Shown: in pieces, positions 8,159 to 18,863 of the stretch
Layout of the letters: every line of letters starts with the position of its first letter
Numbering within the stretch: the stretch's first letter is position 1
Assembly: GCA_031422435.1 (NCBI GenBank)
Contig: JANPLU010000112.1
Location: 1 to 64,000 of the forward strand
DNA: 64,000 nt
Reading direction: 5' to 3'
From: Acaryochloridaceae cyanobacterium VAR_48_metabat_390
Lineage (GTDB): Bacteria; Cyanobacteriota; Cyanobacteriia; Thermosynechococcales; Thermosynechococcaceae
The notes under the pieces: generated by a model
What the model saw: only the letters and a program-made list of their open reading frames with translations
What the model was told of the DNA's origin: nothing
The model's database searches: none
Translations under genes and position numbers: made by a program

Positions 8159-9766
8159 TTAGTATGCCTCACGCTTGGTGCCCAAGGGCAGAAAAATCGT
8201 CAAGACTTCGCCCTCAAGGTGTTGCCGCACCGTTAGCTTGCCGCCTAATGCCTGAAACAAATGCTTGGTTGCTGCCAAACTCAGGCTGACGCCCCCCGTT
8301 TCAGGCTGAAACATCAAGAGCTGACCAACGGCCTTCATCATCGGGGATTCGGCACTCACGTCTGGCTGATTTTGATCGGGCTGGGTTTGAAGCTGGAGCT
8401 TTAGTTGAGAACCCGCCAAGTCTACTTTGAGGTTAATGTGGCTGCCCACAGAAAGACTATTGCTGAGATATTCCATTAGACCCGTTAAGACCTGGTTGAG
8501 GAGGTGGGGGTCGCGGATGGCAATTTCTGGAAGCCGTTTTGGGGTTGTGACCTGAAGCGTTAAGCCCCGACGGGCGGCATGAGCTTGCCAGCGTGTGAGG
8601 TTGTCGGTAAGCAGTTCTTGAAGGGCAATGGGGGTGAGGTGGGTCGGCAGGGGCTGACAGTCTGCGTGGGTTAGCTCCATCGCCCGAAAAATGAGGCCAA
8701 AGCGATCGATCTGACCCAGGCATTCTTGCTGAATGGCCTCAAGGCGCTGGATCACCACTGTAGGTAAGTCTGTTCGTCGCAGCAGCAGACGGGTCAACGT
8801 TTGAATGGTGGTTAAGGGGGTGCGGACTTCATGCGCCAACACTTTCAGTAGTTCTACGTCGCGGTCTGGTTCAGATTCGTTGCGGTCTGTCGAAGGAGGA
8901 ATAGATTCTGAAATGGGCGATGTTTTGTACTGGCGCTGTTTTTGTGCAAAAGATAATGATTTCCATCGACTTGTTTGCTCAGACTGAGTGCTGCTGGGGC
9001 TTGAGTTAGCGGTTTGAGCCAGCAATGCCTGACTAAACTGCATGGGGATTTTATAGTCTGGCGCTGTGGTTGGAAAATGTGATCGCCACTGCTCAATTAG
9101 CTTGAGCTGAGCGGGTCGCTGAAGCCGTTCAACTCTAACCTGCAAGGCCATCCACATCTTCTCGACGGTCGCCGGATCGAAAGAAAAATTAAGCCGAAGG
9201 ATACCCTCAGAGTCGCAGCCCAAAACCGCAGCCCAGCAAAACTGAGCAGTTTGAATCAGGCAAAATTGCTCATGAGCGAGGGAATCTCCCGCCAAAATAG
9301 GCAGCGTAGGCAGGGGCACCTCAAAGCGTTCTGAAACGGTTGCTGGGGGCAACTTAAAGCAAGAAGAGGATCGCTCAGGGGTAAAAATCCAGGTCTTGAG
9401 GTGAGCCAGTATTGCCAGGTCGCTAAATACAGGCGCAGGGCTGCAAAATACCACGCCCTGCTGGTTACAAACTTCGGCGGCAGATTGGGCTAAAAGATTA
9501 TTTTTAGAGTGACTGGAATTTAGCGTGGTTTGCTTGAGGAGTTGAGTCATTGCGGCGATCGCCACCCGCCAGGCCGTCTGCGCTGTCTCTAGCGTCAGCG
9601 CGTCAGTATCTCCATCCGTAAATTGAGGCTCCAACGCTATAAATAATTCTGTGAGCGTTGGCAACGGGTCAAACACGGGTTCTATCGCCTGTTGGATATA
9701 GCAGCTTGGATAAACTGTAGCCCTCATGGTTATCACGCTGTTTGGCTGAGCAATTTGATTGAGCAA
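8159..9766 (-). CDS. Soluble sensor histidine kinase with degenerate ATPase domain (Hik34-like); start uncertain
   Basis: H-box LAHEVRTPLTTI; C-terminal QPETGGVSLSLAATKHLFQALGG in place of canonical G boxes. Confidence 0.8.
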   Translation of the reverse strand: MLNQIAQPNSVITMRATVYPSCYIQQAIEPVFDPLPTLTELFIALEPQFTDGDTDALTLETAQTAWRVAIAAMTQLLKQTTLNSSHSKNNLLAQSAAEVCNQQGVVFCSPAPVFSDLAILAHLKTWIFTPERSSSCFKLPPATVSERFEVPLPTLPILAGDSLAHEQFCLIQTAQFCWAAVLGCDSEGILRLNFSFDPATVEKMWMALQVRVERLQRPAQLKLIEQWRSHFPTTAPDYKIPMQFSQALLAQTANSSPSSTQSEQTSRWKSLSFAQKQRQYKTSPISESIPPSTDRNESEPDRDVELLKVLAHEVRTPLTTIQTLTRLLLRRTDLPTVVIQRLEAIQQECLGQIDRFGLIFRAMELTHADCQPLPTHLTPIALQELLTDNLTRWQAHAARRGLTLQVTTPKRLPEIAIRDPHLLNQVLTGLMEYLSNSLSVGSHINLKVDLAGSQLKLQLQTQPDQNQPDVSAESPMMKAVGQLLMFQPETGGVSLSLAATKHLFQALGGKLTVRQHLEGEVLTIFLPLGTKREAY

Positions 9767-9787
9767 TTTAACTGAGCAAACTATATT

Positions 9788-9917
9788 AGACCTCTTGCAT
9801 CAACCCACCCCCTCAACCCAACCCCTCTCCCAGAACGGGAGAAGGGCTAATTCTGGATCCCCTCTCCCGTTCTGGGAGAGGGGTTGGGGGAGAGGGTCAT
9901 ATTCGTGCAAGAGGTTT
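9788..9917 (+). mobile_element. MITE-like element with 12-bp terminal inverted repeats and internal hairpins
   Basis: AGACCTCTTGCA...TGCAAGAGGTTT (1 mismatch); internal CCCCTCTCCCAGAACGGGAGA / TCTCCCGTTCTGGGAGAGGGG inverted arms; other copies at 7467 and 38069. Confidence 0.75.
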
Positions 9918-10156
9918 ATTGCTTAATCAGAGAATAACGGGTTTATCGGATGAGAGACAGCCGCAAAACCGAACCTTAGAAGGTCGGATTCTACATTTTT
10001 GGCACGAGATTAGACAAAGTTGCTAAACGAGAGTGAGTTGAGACTTCGGCTATCGCTCAGTCGAGCGCGAAGCCGAAACCCACGCCATAATCGTTGATTT
10101 CACCTCACGCTCTTGTCTAGGATAGGCAGATCAAGTCCATATCTAACGCGATCGCC

Positions 10157-10822
10157 GTGAACGTTACCCCCCCGCTTTCTTCCGTGTCCCCTTGGGTATA
10201 CCCAGTTATTTCCTCTGGCAATCGACTGCTACAGCGCGCCTTTTTTGGCCCCTTAACGGTCAACGGTTTCGAGCATTTCCCCCTCCATGGCCCAGCGGTA
10301 CTGGCGATTAAGCACTACAGCCGTTGGGATCCATTGGTGATTGCCCAGCTTCAGCCCAAGGCGATTTGCTTTATGACCAATGCCAATCAGTTCAGCGGCA
10401 TTCAGGGCTGGTTTTTGCGTCGGTTAGGCTCCTTCCCGATTGATTTAGCCAGACCCCAAAAATCCAGCATTAAGCACATGATTGAGCTATTGCACCAAGA
10501 TGAACTCGTAGGTATTTTCCCAGAGGGCGGCATTGTGCGCGATCAGCCCCTGCGATCGCTCAAACCTGGCACAGCTCGACTGATCTTGCAGGCCGAATCT
10601 ACCGCTCCCCAGCCTATGGCGATTCCCATTACGCCCATTGCCATCCGCTATGAGCCTGAAGCGCAAAAGGGCGCAGCCGTTTTTGTTGATATTGCTCCAG
10701 CGTTTTCTAGTCAAGATTTTGAGGCTGGGTCTGATAAAGAAAAAGCCGCCAAAATGACGCAGCATCTTGAGATTGTGCTGCGCGATCGCCTCCAATACCT
10801 CGCCCAAGCCCAGAATAAATGA
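10157..10822 (+). CDS. 1-acyl-sn-glycerol-3-phosphate acyltransferase (PlsC family)
   Basis: KHYSRWDP (HxxxxD) and IFPEG motifs. Confidence 0.88.
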   Translation: MNVTPPLSSVSPWVYPVISSGNRLLQRAFFGPLTVNGFEHFPLHGPAVLAIKHYSRWDPLVIAQLQPKAICFMTNANQFSGIQGWFLRRLGSFPIDLARPQKSSIKHMIELLHQDELVGIFPEGGIVRDQPLRSLKPGTARLILQAESTAPQPMAIPITPIAIRYEPEAQKGAAVFVDIAPAFSSQDFEAGSDKEKAAKMTQHLEIVLRDRLQYLAQAQNK

Positions 10823-10894
10823 GAGTGCATTGAGAAACGTTAAGATAAGCAAGCATCTGTTTTGTAGATTACAGCTCATATTTAGGAAGAATTC

Positions 10895-11965
10895 ATGCCC
10901 GTTTTATTGGCGATCGCAGTTTTGGCACTGTTAATCGTGGTGCATGAGTCAGGGCATTTCCTGGCTGCGCGCGCCCAGGGAATTTACGTCACGCGGTTTT
11001 CGATTGGGTTTGGTCCCGTGTTGTGGAAGTACCAGGGACCGCAAACCGAATACGCCCTCAGAGCGATCCCCTTGGGCGGCTATGTTGCTTTTCCAGATGA
11101 CGAAGACGAAGAAAGCAACATCCCAGCCGATGACCCGTCCCTAATGAAAAACCGTCCGATTTTAGATCGGGCGATCGTCATTAGCGCAGGGGTAATTGCC
11201 AATTTAATCTTTGCCTACGTTCTCATCTTTGCTCAGTTAAGCTGGCAGGGCATTCCTAACCCGCAAGTCGCCCCAGGTGTCGCCATTGTGCAGCTTGTGC
11301 CAGAGACAAGCGCCGCCGCAAAATCTGGCGTTTTGCCTGGAGATGTGGTCGTTGCGATTAATGGGCAAACCCTTGAGATGGGCGAGACTGCCGTACAGGT
11401 CTTCCAAAGTCAGGTCAAGCAAAATGCAGACCAGCCGCTAAATCTAGACATTCAGCGAGCAGGTAAAGCTGTTGCCCTAAGCGTTACGCCTCAGATTAGT
11501 CAAAATAATGAGCCGCTGATTGGCGTTCGGTTAGCGCCCAATGCGAAGCTCAACCGCGTTAAAACCCTCTCCCCCGTCAAACTTTTGAGCGCGGCCTCTA
11601 CAGAGTTTCAAAACCTGTTGCTGTTGACCGTGAGCGGCTTTGGTCAGCTTATTAGCAATTTCCAAAACGCGGCAAGCCAGGTTTCTGGCCCCGTTGCCAT
11701 CGTCAAAATTGGGGCAGACATTGCGCGCACCGATATTAGCCGCCTGCTTCAGTTTGGGGCGCTCATTAGCATTAACTTAGCGGTGATTAATATTTTGCCG
11801 TTACCTGCCTTAGACGGGGGACAGCTTGTGTTTTTGCTATTTGAGGGCATTTTTAGAAAGCCTCTGCCACAGGCAATTCAGCAGGGCGTAATGCAGACGG
11901 GGCTATTTTTGCTGCTGGGGCTGGGCGTGTTTCTCATTGCGCGGGACACCGTCAACCTGTTTTAG
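10895..11965 (+). CDS. rseP: RIP metalloprotease RseP
   Basis: HESGH, FSIGFGP, PDZ domain, NILPLPALDGG. Confidence 0.95.
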   Translation: MPVLLAIAVLALLIVVHESGHFLAARAQGIYVTRFSIGFGPVLWKYQGPQTEYALRAIPLGGYVAFPDDEDEESNIPADDPSLMKNRPILDRAIVISAGVIANLIFAYVLIFAQLSWQGIPNPQVAPGVAIVQLVPETSAAAKSGVLPGDVVVAINGQTLEMGETAVQVFQSQVKQNADQPLNLDIQRAGKAVALSVTPQISQNNEPLIGVRLAPNAKLNRVKTLSPVKLLSAASTEFQNLLLLTVSGFGQLISNFQNAASQVSGPVAIVKIGADIARTDISRLLQFGALISINLAVINILPLPALDGGQLVFLLFEGIFRKPLPQAIQQGVMQTGLFLLLGLGVFLIARDTVNLF

Positions 11966-11998
11966 TGATGTGATGGATGGCGTTTGATTGTTGTAGAT

Positions 11999-12694
11999 AT
12001 GCCTCGTAAACCGTCTGCAAAACAGCAGCGCACCCTCGAAATTCTCAGCCGCCTCAAGCATCTTTACCCCGATGCCCGATGCAGCCTCGATTATGAAACG
12101 CCCGTCCAGCTCCTCGTTGCCACCATTCTCTCGGCGCAATGTACCGACGAGCGTGTAAATCTGGTCACTCCGGCCCTGTTTGAGCAGTTCCCAGATGCGG
12201 GGGCGATCGCCGCTGCCCCCCTCGACACTCTTGAGCAACTGGTTCACTCCACGGGGTTCTATCGCAATAAAGCCCGCAATATACAGGCGGCCTGTCACAA
12301 AATCATGACAGAGTTCGACGGGGAAGTGCCCAGCACCATGGCGCAGCTTTTAACCCTGCCAGGGGTTGCCCGCAAAACCTCCAACGTAGTCTTAGCCCAC
12401 GCCTACGGAGTCAACGCTGGCGTAACGGTAGATACCCATGTCAAGCGCCTCAGCCATCGCCTCGGACTCACCAAACAGACCGATCCTGTGAAGGTTGAGC
12501 AAGATCTTATGAAGCTGCTTCCCCAAGCGGATTGGGAAAACTGGTCAATTCGGCTGATCTACCACGGACGCGCTGTCTGTATGGCTCGGAGGCCGGAATG
12601 CGATCGCTGTGAACTAGCCGATCTCTGCACCTCTGCGGGCACGGCAGCGGCAAACCCCGAAAGCTATAAGTCAAGCCATCGAAAAGAAAAGTAG
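11999..12694 (+). CDS. nth: Endonuclease III
   Basis: LSAQCTD, LPGVARKT HhH, VDTHV, C-terminal Fe-S cysteines. Confidence 0.96.
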   Translation: MPRKPSAKQQRTLEILSRLKHLYPDARCSLDYETPVQLLVATILSAQCTDERVNLVTPALFEQFPDAGAIAAAPLDTLEQLVHSTGFYRNKARNIQAACHKIMTEFDGEVPSTMAQLLTLPGVARKTSNVVLAHAYGVNAGVTVDTHVKRLSHRLGLTKQTDPVKVEQDLMKLLPQADWENWSIRLIYHGRAVCMARRPECDRCELADLCTSAGTAAANPESYKSSHRKEK

Positions 12695-12764
12695 TCTCAT
12701 TGGCAAAATATTAGTTATTATAAAAAATACTGCCTTCAATCGTTTGCCGTTACTGTAGAAATCC

Positions 12765-13067
12765 ATGGCTAAAAAGAGCATGATCGAGCGTGAGAAAAAG
12801 CGCCAGAGAATAGTCGCTAAATACGCTGTTAAAAGAGCTGCGCTCAAAGAGCAATTCACCAGCGCCGAAACTCAAGAAGAAAAAATGGATCTTCACCGTC
12901 AGATCCAGCGCCTTCCCCGCAATAGCGCGCAATGCCGGGTTCGTAACCGTTGTTGGGTTACAGGTCGCTCCAGAGGTTACTTCCGTGACTTTGGCCTATC
13001 CCGTCACGTTCTTCGCGAAATGGCCCACGAAGGACTCCTTCCAGGCGTTACCAAATCGAGCTGGTAG
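12765..13067 (+). CDS. rpsN: 30S ribosomal protein S14
   Basis: [10 protein letters not shown]...[12 protein letters not shown]...LPGVTKSSW. Confidence 0.98.
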   Translation: MAKKSMIEREKKRQRIVAKYAVKRAALKEQFTSAETQEEKMDLHRQIQRLPRNSAQCRVRNRCWVTGRSRGYFRDFGLSRHVLREMAHEGLLPGVTKSSW

Positions 13068-13082
13068 CATCCAGCTCAAAAC

Positions 13083-13130
13083 TGAAACAAAAAAAGAGCG
13101 AGGGAATTCCCTCGCTCTTTTTTTGTTTCA
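13083..13130. terminator. Bidirectional intrinsic terminator (perfect 48-bp palindrome)
   Basis: TGAAACAAAAAAAGAGCGAGGGAA|TTCCCTCGCTCTTTTTTTGTTTCA between convergent genes. Confidence 0.9.
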
Positions 13131-13460
13131 ACCCGAACAGCAGGCATTAATCCCTAAAAACTGATTGAGCAACAAATCGCTAACGGCATTCGCAACCGCA
13201 AACTCGCTATAAAAGCTCTTTGAAAAATCAAACGCCTGCATCTCAGTCAAAATTGCCATGAGGAGCGAACCCACATCGTCTTCTCCCTCCATGCGCTGCC
13301 GCCGATAAACGCTGGCAGCCCTATGAGCAATGACATCATTGACTGGCTCCGGCAAAAACTCCTCATTAAGCCATGTTTGTAGCGCCTGCTGGAGCCAAAC
13401 AGACTCTTCGTAAGGATCCGTACTCGGAGGAAGCGTCATAGATTGGATTGGTTCAGTCAT
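13128..13460 (-). CDS. Conserved cyanobacterial hypothetical protein
   Basis: WLNEEFLPEPVN...RQRMEGEDD...FDFSKSFYSEFAVANAVSDLL. Confidence 0.75.
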   Translation of the reverse strand: MTEPIQSMTLPPSTDPYEESVWLQQALQTWLNEEFLPEPVNDVIAHRAASVYRRQRMEGEDDVGSLLMAILTEMQAFDFSKSFYSEFAVANAVSDLLLNQFLGINACCSG

Positions 13461-13544
13461 TGCCCACCATCCTCCAAAATGTCGCCACAAAAATCACCCT
13501 CCCAAAAGTGCTATGTCAAGTCTAAAACTTTTGGGATCAGTTGA

Positions 13545-14219
13545 CTAAGGCTTCTTGGGGCTATTGCTTTTAGGCTGTCTGAGGTGCATCCGACCATTCT
13601 TGATCACCCGCGTCATCTCGCCCAACTGCTGCTCTAAATCAGTTAAAACCCGATCAGCATACTGATCAGACTCTTGGTGAATGTGTGCCTGTTCCTGAAG
13701 GGCATTTTGGCGCATTACATCAATTTCCTGCTGCGTTTGACGACGCACGCGCTCCATTTCTGAAATATTTTTGCGCCGAATATCTTCAATTTCCTGCTGA
13801 ATTTGATTGCGGAGCTGCTGCGCTTCCGCCTCAGCTTGCTGAATGATGGTCTGCTCATCCGCAATTTTAGCCGCCCGCTGCTCTGCGGACTTAATAATTT
13901 CCTGGGCGTATTGCTTCGCTCGCGCAATAATTTCTTCGCGCTGGCTCAACACTTTTTCGGCGGTGCGAACTGTTTCAGGAATACTGTTCTGAACCGCAGA
14001 AAGCTGCGTCAGAAGGTCTTCTTCACTGAGGAAGGTTCGACCTGTTAACGGCACCTTGAGTCCATCCAGAATAATCATTTCCTCAAGTTTTTCGAGCTGT
14101 TGTTGCAGCTCTAGCCCTTGATTGTTTCTGTTGGAGTTGTGAGCGTATCCGTTTTCGAGGTCGGATCCATTCCCATTGGAGTGGGTTTCAATACTGAAGG
14201 AGGAGTCTTGGCGTAACAT
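13545..14219 (-). CDS. DivIVA-like coiled-coil cell division protein (Cdv3-like)
   Basis: [15 protein letters not shown], long coiled coil, YADRVL; directly downstream of coaD. Confidence 0.8.
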   Translation of the reverse strand: MLRQDSSFSIETHSNGNGSDLENGYAHNSNRNNQGLELQQQLEKLEEMIILDGLKVPLTGRTFLSEEDLLTQLSAVQNSIPETVRTAEKVLSQREEIIARAKQYAQEIIKSAEQRAAKIADEQTIIQQAEAEAQQLRNQIQQEIEDIRRKNISEMERVRRQTQQEIDVMRQNALQEQAHIHQESDQYADRVLTDLEQQLGEMTRVIKNGRMHLRQPKSNSPKKP

Positions 14220-14680
14220 CTCTCTAACTCAACGGCTACGTTTTGTGGAACAAGATGGGCGATAGAGCCACCAAACTTAGCAATTTCTTTGACTAGGCTA
14301 CTACTTAAAAAACTGTATTCGTTGGAGGTCGCTAAGAAAACGGTTTCGGTATTTTGAGAAAGACTCTTATTGGTATGAGCCATTTGAAGTTCATACTCAA
14401 AATCTGAGAGAACTCTCAAGCCTCGAAGCAGTACCTGAGCTTGACGGCTTTGGGCATAGGCCACCGTCAATGTGTCGAAACAGTCAATTTCAATATTCGA
14501 TAAATGTTGGGTACATTCACGAACTTGGTGCATTCGCTGCTGCACTGTAAATAAGGAGTTCTTATTTGGATTGAGTGCAACTGCGACAATCAGCCGCTCG
14601 TATAGGCGAGAACCGCGCTCGATTAAATCGAGATGCCCCAGTGTAACCGGATCAAAGCTACCAGGATAGATGGCAATCAT
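14111..14680 (-). CDS. coaD: Pantetheine-phosphate adenylyltransferase
   Basis: [35 protein letters not shown]. Confidence 0.97.
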   Translation of the reverse strand: MIAIYPGSFDPVTLGHLDLIERGSRLYERLIVAVALNPNKNSLFTVQQRMHQVRECTQHLSNIEIDCFDTLTVAYAQSRQAQVLLRGLRVLSDFEYELQMAHTNKSLSQNTETVFLATSNEYSFLSSSLVKEIAKFGGSIAHLVPQNVAVELERCYAKTPPSVLKPTPMGMDPTSKTDTLTTPTETIKG

Positions 14681-15066
14681 GATTCAGATAAGGTATGCAG
14701 GCGATTATAGTCTATTCTTTCGATGCCTACCGAAAGTAAATGTGATTTGAGTAAACTCATTTCAATTTTATGTAAATCAGTAGAAACCTTTTTATTCAGA
14801 ATAAACGCTGAAAAAAAATTGATTTTTCTTGCATTTAGTCGCGATCACGTTTTCTGACGCCATCTTAAAGATGAACTTAATGATAACTTGACTCGCATTT
14901 TAATTGAAATATTGATTTGTTTTTTTGATGTAAGACCTAGGGTGTATAAAAAGTGTCGAAGTTTACCTTCTGTATAGGGTTTTACCATCAACTGATTTAT
15001 CAATCCCCTGCCTCTCCTGGGAGAGAATTTTTCTTGGACTTGTGTGTATACGGTAGCCCCGAAGCT

Positions 15067-16614
15067 CTACCCCTCGCTCGGGTCTGGCTTTAGCAACGGA
15101 AATGCAATCACATCACGGATGCTAGGGGAATCGGTCAGCAGCATGACCAGACGATCAATGCCAATACCCAAGCCGCCCGTCGGGGGCATTCCGTACTCTA
15201 GTGCCGTCAAGAAATCTTCATCCACGCCCTGAGCTTCGAGATCCCCTGCGGCTTTACGGGCAGACTGAGCCTCCATCCGCTGCCGTTGGTCGATGGGGTC
15301 TGTTAACTCAGAGAAGCTGTTGGCAGTCTCGCGCCCCACCATAAAAAGTTCAAAGCGCTCGACCAATCCAGGTTTAGAACGATGGGGCTTTGCCAGGGGT
15401 GAAATTTCGACGGGGTAATCGAGCACAAAAGTAGGCTGCATTAAGGTCGCCTCCACTTTTTGCTCAAAGGCCACATTTAAGACATGCCCAATGGTTTCAC
15501 AGTCTTGGGTTCCACCAATTCCTGCTTCAGCGGCGGCTTGTTGGGCTGCTTGCAGGTCATTAAACGCTTCAAAATTGATGCCCGTTGCCTCATGCACTAG
15601 CTCATGCATTGTCACTCGTCGCCACGGTGGGGTCAGATCAATCGGCTCCCCCTGATAGGTCACTTGGAGTGTGCCCAATACAGACTGTGCGGCTTGCGTC
15701 ACCAGTGTCTCGGTCAGCGCCATCATGTCATGGTAGTCGGCGTAGGCTTGATACACCTCAATGGATGTGAATTCAGGGTTGTGACGGGTTGAAATACCTT
15801 CGTTGCGAAAAATTCGACCCATCTCAAATACTTTCTCAAAGCCGCCTACAATCAGCCGCTTGAGGTGTAGCTCCGTGGCGATGCGGAGGTACAGATCCAT
15901 TTCGAGGGTGTTGTGATAGGTCGTAAAGGGACGCGCATCAGCTCCCCCTGGTTCGCTTTGCAGTACGGGGGTTTCGATCTCAATGAAGCCCTGCTGGTCA
16001 AGATAGCGACGGATGGCGGCAGTAATAAGGGCGCGGCGGCGAAAGGTTTCGCGGACGGTGGGGTTGACGATGAGATCGACGTAGCGCTGGCGGTAGCGTT
16101 TGGCGACGTCTGTGAGTCCATGCCATTTATCGGGCAGGGGCAGCAAAGACTTGGTGAGAATTGTGTACTCGCGTACGTAGACCGAAAGCTCTCCTTTGTC
16201 GGTGCGCTTAAGAGTGCCTTTTACGCCCAGAAAGTCACCGACGTCGGTTAACTGCTTGAGGTGGTCAAACGCTTGGGGATCGGCTCCTTCCATTGTGGTC
16301 TGGATCCGGGCTTTCTCTAGGTAGAGCTGGATTACGCCCGTCTCGTCTTGCAGGGTAAAAAAGGCCAGTTTGCCAAAGACACGCCGCGCCAAGATTCGTC
16401 CGGCGATCGCCACCTCAACTTCAACTTCTTCTCCATTGGGCAGGTCTTTGAACTTTTCCTGAAGGGCTTGGGTATGATGGGTCGATTCCCAGCGGTAGGC
16501 ATAGGGATTTAGCCCCAGTGCCTTGATCTGCTCAACTTTCTCAAGACGAGCAGTGCGAATATCGTCAAGTGCCGAATGACCTTGGGGCTGGGACTGATCT
16601 GAGTCGGAAGACAT
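15067..16614 (-). CDS. lysS: Lysine--tRNA ligase (class II)
   Basis: [51 protein letters not shown]. Confidence 0.98.
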   Translation of the reverse strand: MSSDSDQSQPQGHSALDDIRTARLEKVEQIKALGLNPYAYRWESTHHTQALQEKFKDLPNGEEVEVEVAIAGRILARRVFGKLAFFTLQDETGVIQLYLEKARIQTTMEGADPQAFDHLKQLTDVGDFLGVKGTLKRTDKGELSVYVREYTILTKSLLPLPDKWHGLTDVAKRYRQRYVDLIVNPTVRETFRRRALITAAIRRYLDQQGFIEIETPVLQSEPGGADARPFTTYHNTLEMDLYLRIATELHLKRLIVGGFEKVFEMGRIFRNEGISTRHNPEFTSIEVYQAYADYHDMMALTETLVTQAAQSVLGTLQVTYQGEPIDLTPPWRRVTMHELVHEATGINFEAFNDLQAAQQAAAEAGIGGTQDCETIGHVLNVAFEQKVEATLMQPTFVLDYPVEISPLAKPHRSKPGLVERFELFMVGRETANSFSELTDPIDQRQRMEAQSARKAAGDLEAQGVDEDFLTALEYGMPPTGGLGIGIDRLVMLLTDSPSIRDVIAFPLLKPDPSEG

Positions 16615-16834
16615 AGGTTTGGGTAGATAATTGCAGTGCGGGGGTGTGGAGCATCACGTCAATGTCATTCTGCTGGTCGCCTAGACAAAGCGGAAAGCAC
16701 AAGTTCAGATTATATGAGATGTCTGGGTTGGCAAGTTCAAAATGATGAGACGACCTGTTCCATTACGTTTCGTTTCACATCAAGAGCCTGCTTGCTCAAA
16801 GATTTAATTTTAATTCATTCATTAAGATGTGATC

Positions 16835-17821
16835 ATGCAGTCCAACTTAATCCTTTTTAACATTCTCAATCCCCCTGTTTTATTCTTTTTTGTAGGAATG
16901 GCAGCCGTTCTGCTGAAGTCAGATCTAGAGATTCCGCAGCCGCTGCCTAAGCTGTTTTCTCTTTATCTGTTAATGGCGATCGGGTTTAAGGGCGGGTATG
17001 AAATTACCCAAAGTGGGCTGAACTTGGAAATTGCAGAAACGCTGCTGGCTTCCATTGTGATGGCCTGTGTTGTGCCCATTTACTCATTTTTTATCCTTAG
17101 AGTGAAGCTAGATACCTACAATGCGGCGGCGATCGCCGCAACCTATGGTTCTATCAGCGCCGTCACATTTATTACTGCCAGTGCGTTTCTTACAAAGTTA
17201 GGGATGAGCTTTGGAGGGCACATGGTCGCCGCTTTAGCGCTCATGGAGTCTCCCGCCATTGTCGTGGGGATTGTGTTGGTTAAAGCATTTGCAAAGCGAA
17301 AGCAAGCGGACGATGGTGAAATGGAGACGCTCGCCTGGGGCGAGGTCTTTCGAGAAGCGTGCCTAAACGGGTCGGTGTTTCTGCTGATTGGTAGTTTAGT
17401 GGTGGGTCTCCTCACGGGAGAGGCGGGTTGGAATAAGCTCAAGCCCTTTACGGAGGACTCGTTTTATGGGGTCTTGTGCTTTTTTCTATTAGATATGGGG
17501 TTGATTGCGGCGCGTCGGATTCGAGAGCTATTTAAGGCAGGGCCTTTTGTAATTAGTTTTTCTGTTTTCATGCCCATCTTGAATGCCATGATTGGAATAG
17601 GGCTAGCCAAAATGATTGGGATGTCGGCGGGGAATGCGCTGCTGTTTGCGGTGCTGTGTGCCAGTGCCTCTTATATTGCGGTTCCGGCAGCGATGCGGAT
17701 GACCATTCCTGAAGCGAACCCTAGCCTTTATATTTCAATGGCGCTGGCGCTGACGTTTCCGTTTAATATCATCATCGGCATTCCTGTTTATTTTCAAATT
17801 ATTCAAACATTTTGGTCTTGA
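16835..17821 (+). CDS. Sodium-dependent bicarbonate transport family permease (SbtA-like)
   Basis: KSDLEIP, YLLMAIGFKGG, YGSISAVTF, ASASYIAVPAA; multiple TM helices. Confidence 0.9.
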   Translation: MQSNLILFNILNPPVLFFFVGMAAVLLKSDLEIPQPLPKLFSLYLLMAIGFKGGYEITQSGLNLEIAETLLASIVMACVVPIYSFFILRVKLDTYNAAAIAATYGSISAVTFITASAFLTKLGMSFGGHMVAALALMESPAIVVGIVLVKAFAKRKQADDGEMETLAWGEVFREACLNGSVFLLIGSLVVGLLTGEAGWNKLKPFTEDSFYGVLCFFLLDMGLIAARRIRELFKAGPFVISFSVFMPILNAMIGIGLAKMIGMSAGNALLFAVLCASASYIAVPAAMRMTIPEANPSLYISMALALTFPFNIIIGIPVYFQIIQTFWS

Positions 17822-17826
17822 TTACC

Positions 17827-18117
17827 ATGGACATTGTCAAACGTATCGAAATTATTGTTCCGTCAATTGAAGTGAATGCGGTGCTGAAGCGCTTTGCTAA
17901 GGTTGGCGTTGTTAAATACAACCTAATTAATCATGTGGTGGGTCGCACTGAGGCAGGAGAAGTGCTTGAGGACTGGGATGATCAGTCTGGCAACACCTAT
18001 ATCCTCACAACCTGTAAGGCGGGGGAGGAGGACAATTTGTTTTGGGAGCTACAGCCGATTCTGCAAAAGTTTGGCGGACTTTGTTTGGTGTCAGATGCAG
18101 TCTGCTACCGCTGCTGA
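17827..18117 (+). CDS. PII-like protein (SbtB-like)
   Basis: KRIEIIV...VVGR...FGGLCLVSDA; immediately downstream of the SbtA-like gene. Confidence 0.82.
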   Translation: MDIVKRIEIIVPSIEVNAVLKRFAKVGVVKYNLINHVVGRTEAGEVLEDWDDQSGNTYILTTCKAGEEDNLFWELQPILQKFGGLCLVSDAVCYRC

Positions 18118-18308
18118 GCGACGGTGGAGAGTAAACAAAATTCTGTGTGTTGAACTCTAAAATAACGTCAACACGCCTTTCAGAAGCTGGTTTACACAAA
18201 AAACTCAACACTCTCTGGCTTGAGCTTTACGACATAGATGCACTTGATAAGAGGCCGCCGAGTGAAGTCCAGACTGAGATAGTCTTCACTCAACGGATTC
18301 ATTTGGCG

Positions 18309-18746
18309 TTAAAGACCCAGATCGGCGAGAATGTCTGCGGCGTGCGTTTCGGTATTGATGCTGGCGTAGACATGGGCGATCGCCCCCTGTGGGTTAATCA
18401 CATAGGTCACGCGCTTCGCATAGCCACCGCCATCCACATCATAGGACTTGATGATGGAGTGGTCGGTATCCGCCAAGAGCGGAAACGGTAGACTAAACTT
18501 CTGCGTAAACCGCTGATGAGAAGATTCATCATCCGCGCTTACGCCTAGAACCACAATATCTTTACCTTGATAGGCCGTGTAATTATCGCGGAAGCTACAG
18601 GCTTCTTTGGTGCATCCTGGCGTATCGTCTTTTGGATAGAAGTACAAAATTACGGTTTTCCCCGAAAAATTGGAGAGTGATACCGTGTTGCCATTCGTAT
18701 CTGTGGTGGTAAACGCAGGTGCGGGGGTTCCCACTGTTAAAGCCAT
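18309..18746 (-). CDS. Peroxiredoxin, BCP/PrxQ family
   Basis: YFYPKDDTPGCTKEACSFRD. Confidence 0.95.
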   Translation of the reverse strand: MALTVGTPAPAFTTTDTNGNTVSLSNFSGKTVILYFYPKDDTPGCTKEACSFRDNYTAYQGKDIVVLGVSADDESSHQRFTQKFSLPFPLLADTDHSIIKSYDVDGGGYAKRVTYVINPQGAIAHVYASINTETHAADILADLGL

Positions 18747-18863
18747 ATTTCACCTTATCCTTGACATAAAGTTTGAGCCGAAGACTAAAGGACAGTCTCT
18801 CAAAGCCTTCAACATTGTACGCCTTATCTATTCAAGCCCACGGTAAGCGGGATCGCAGTCCTT

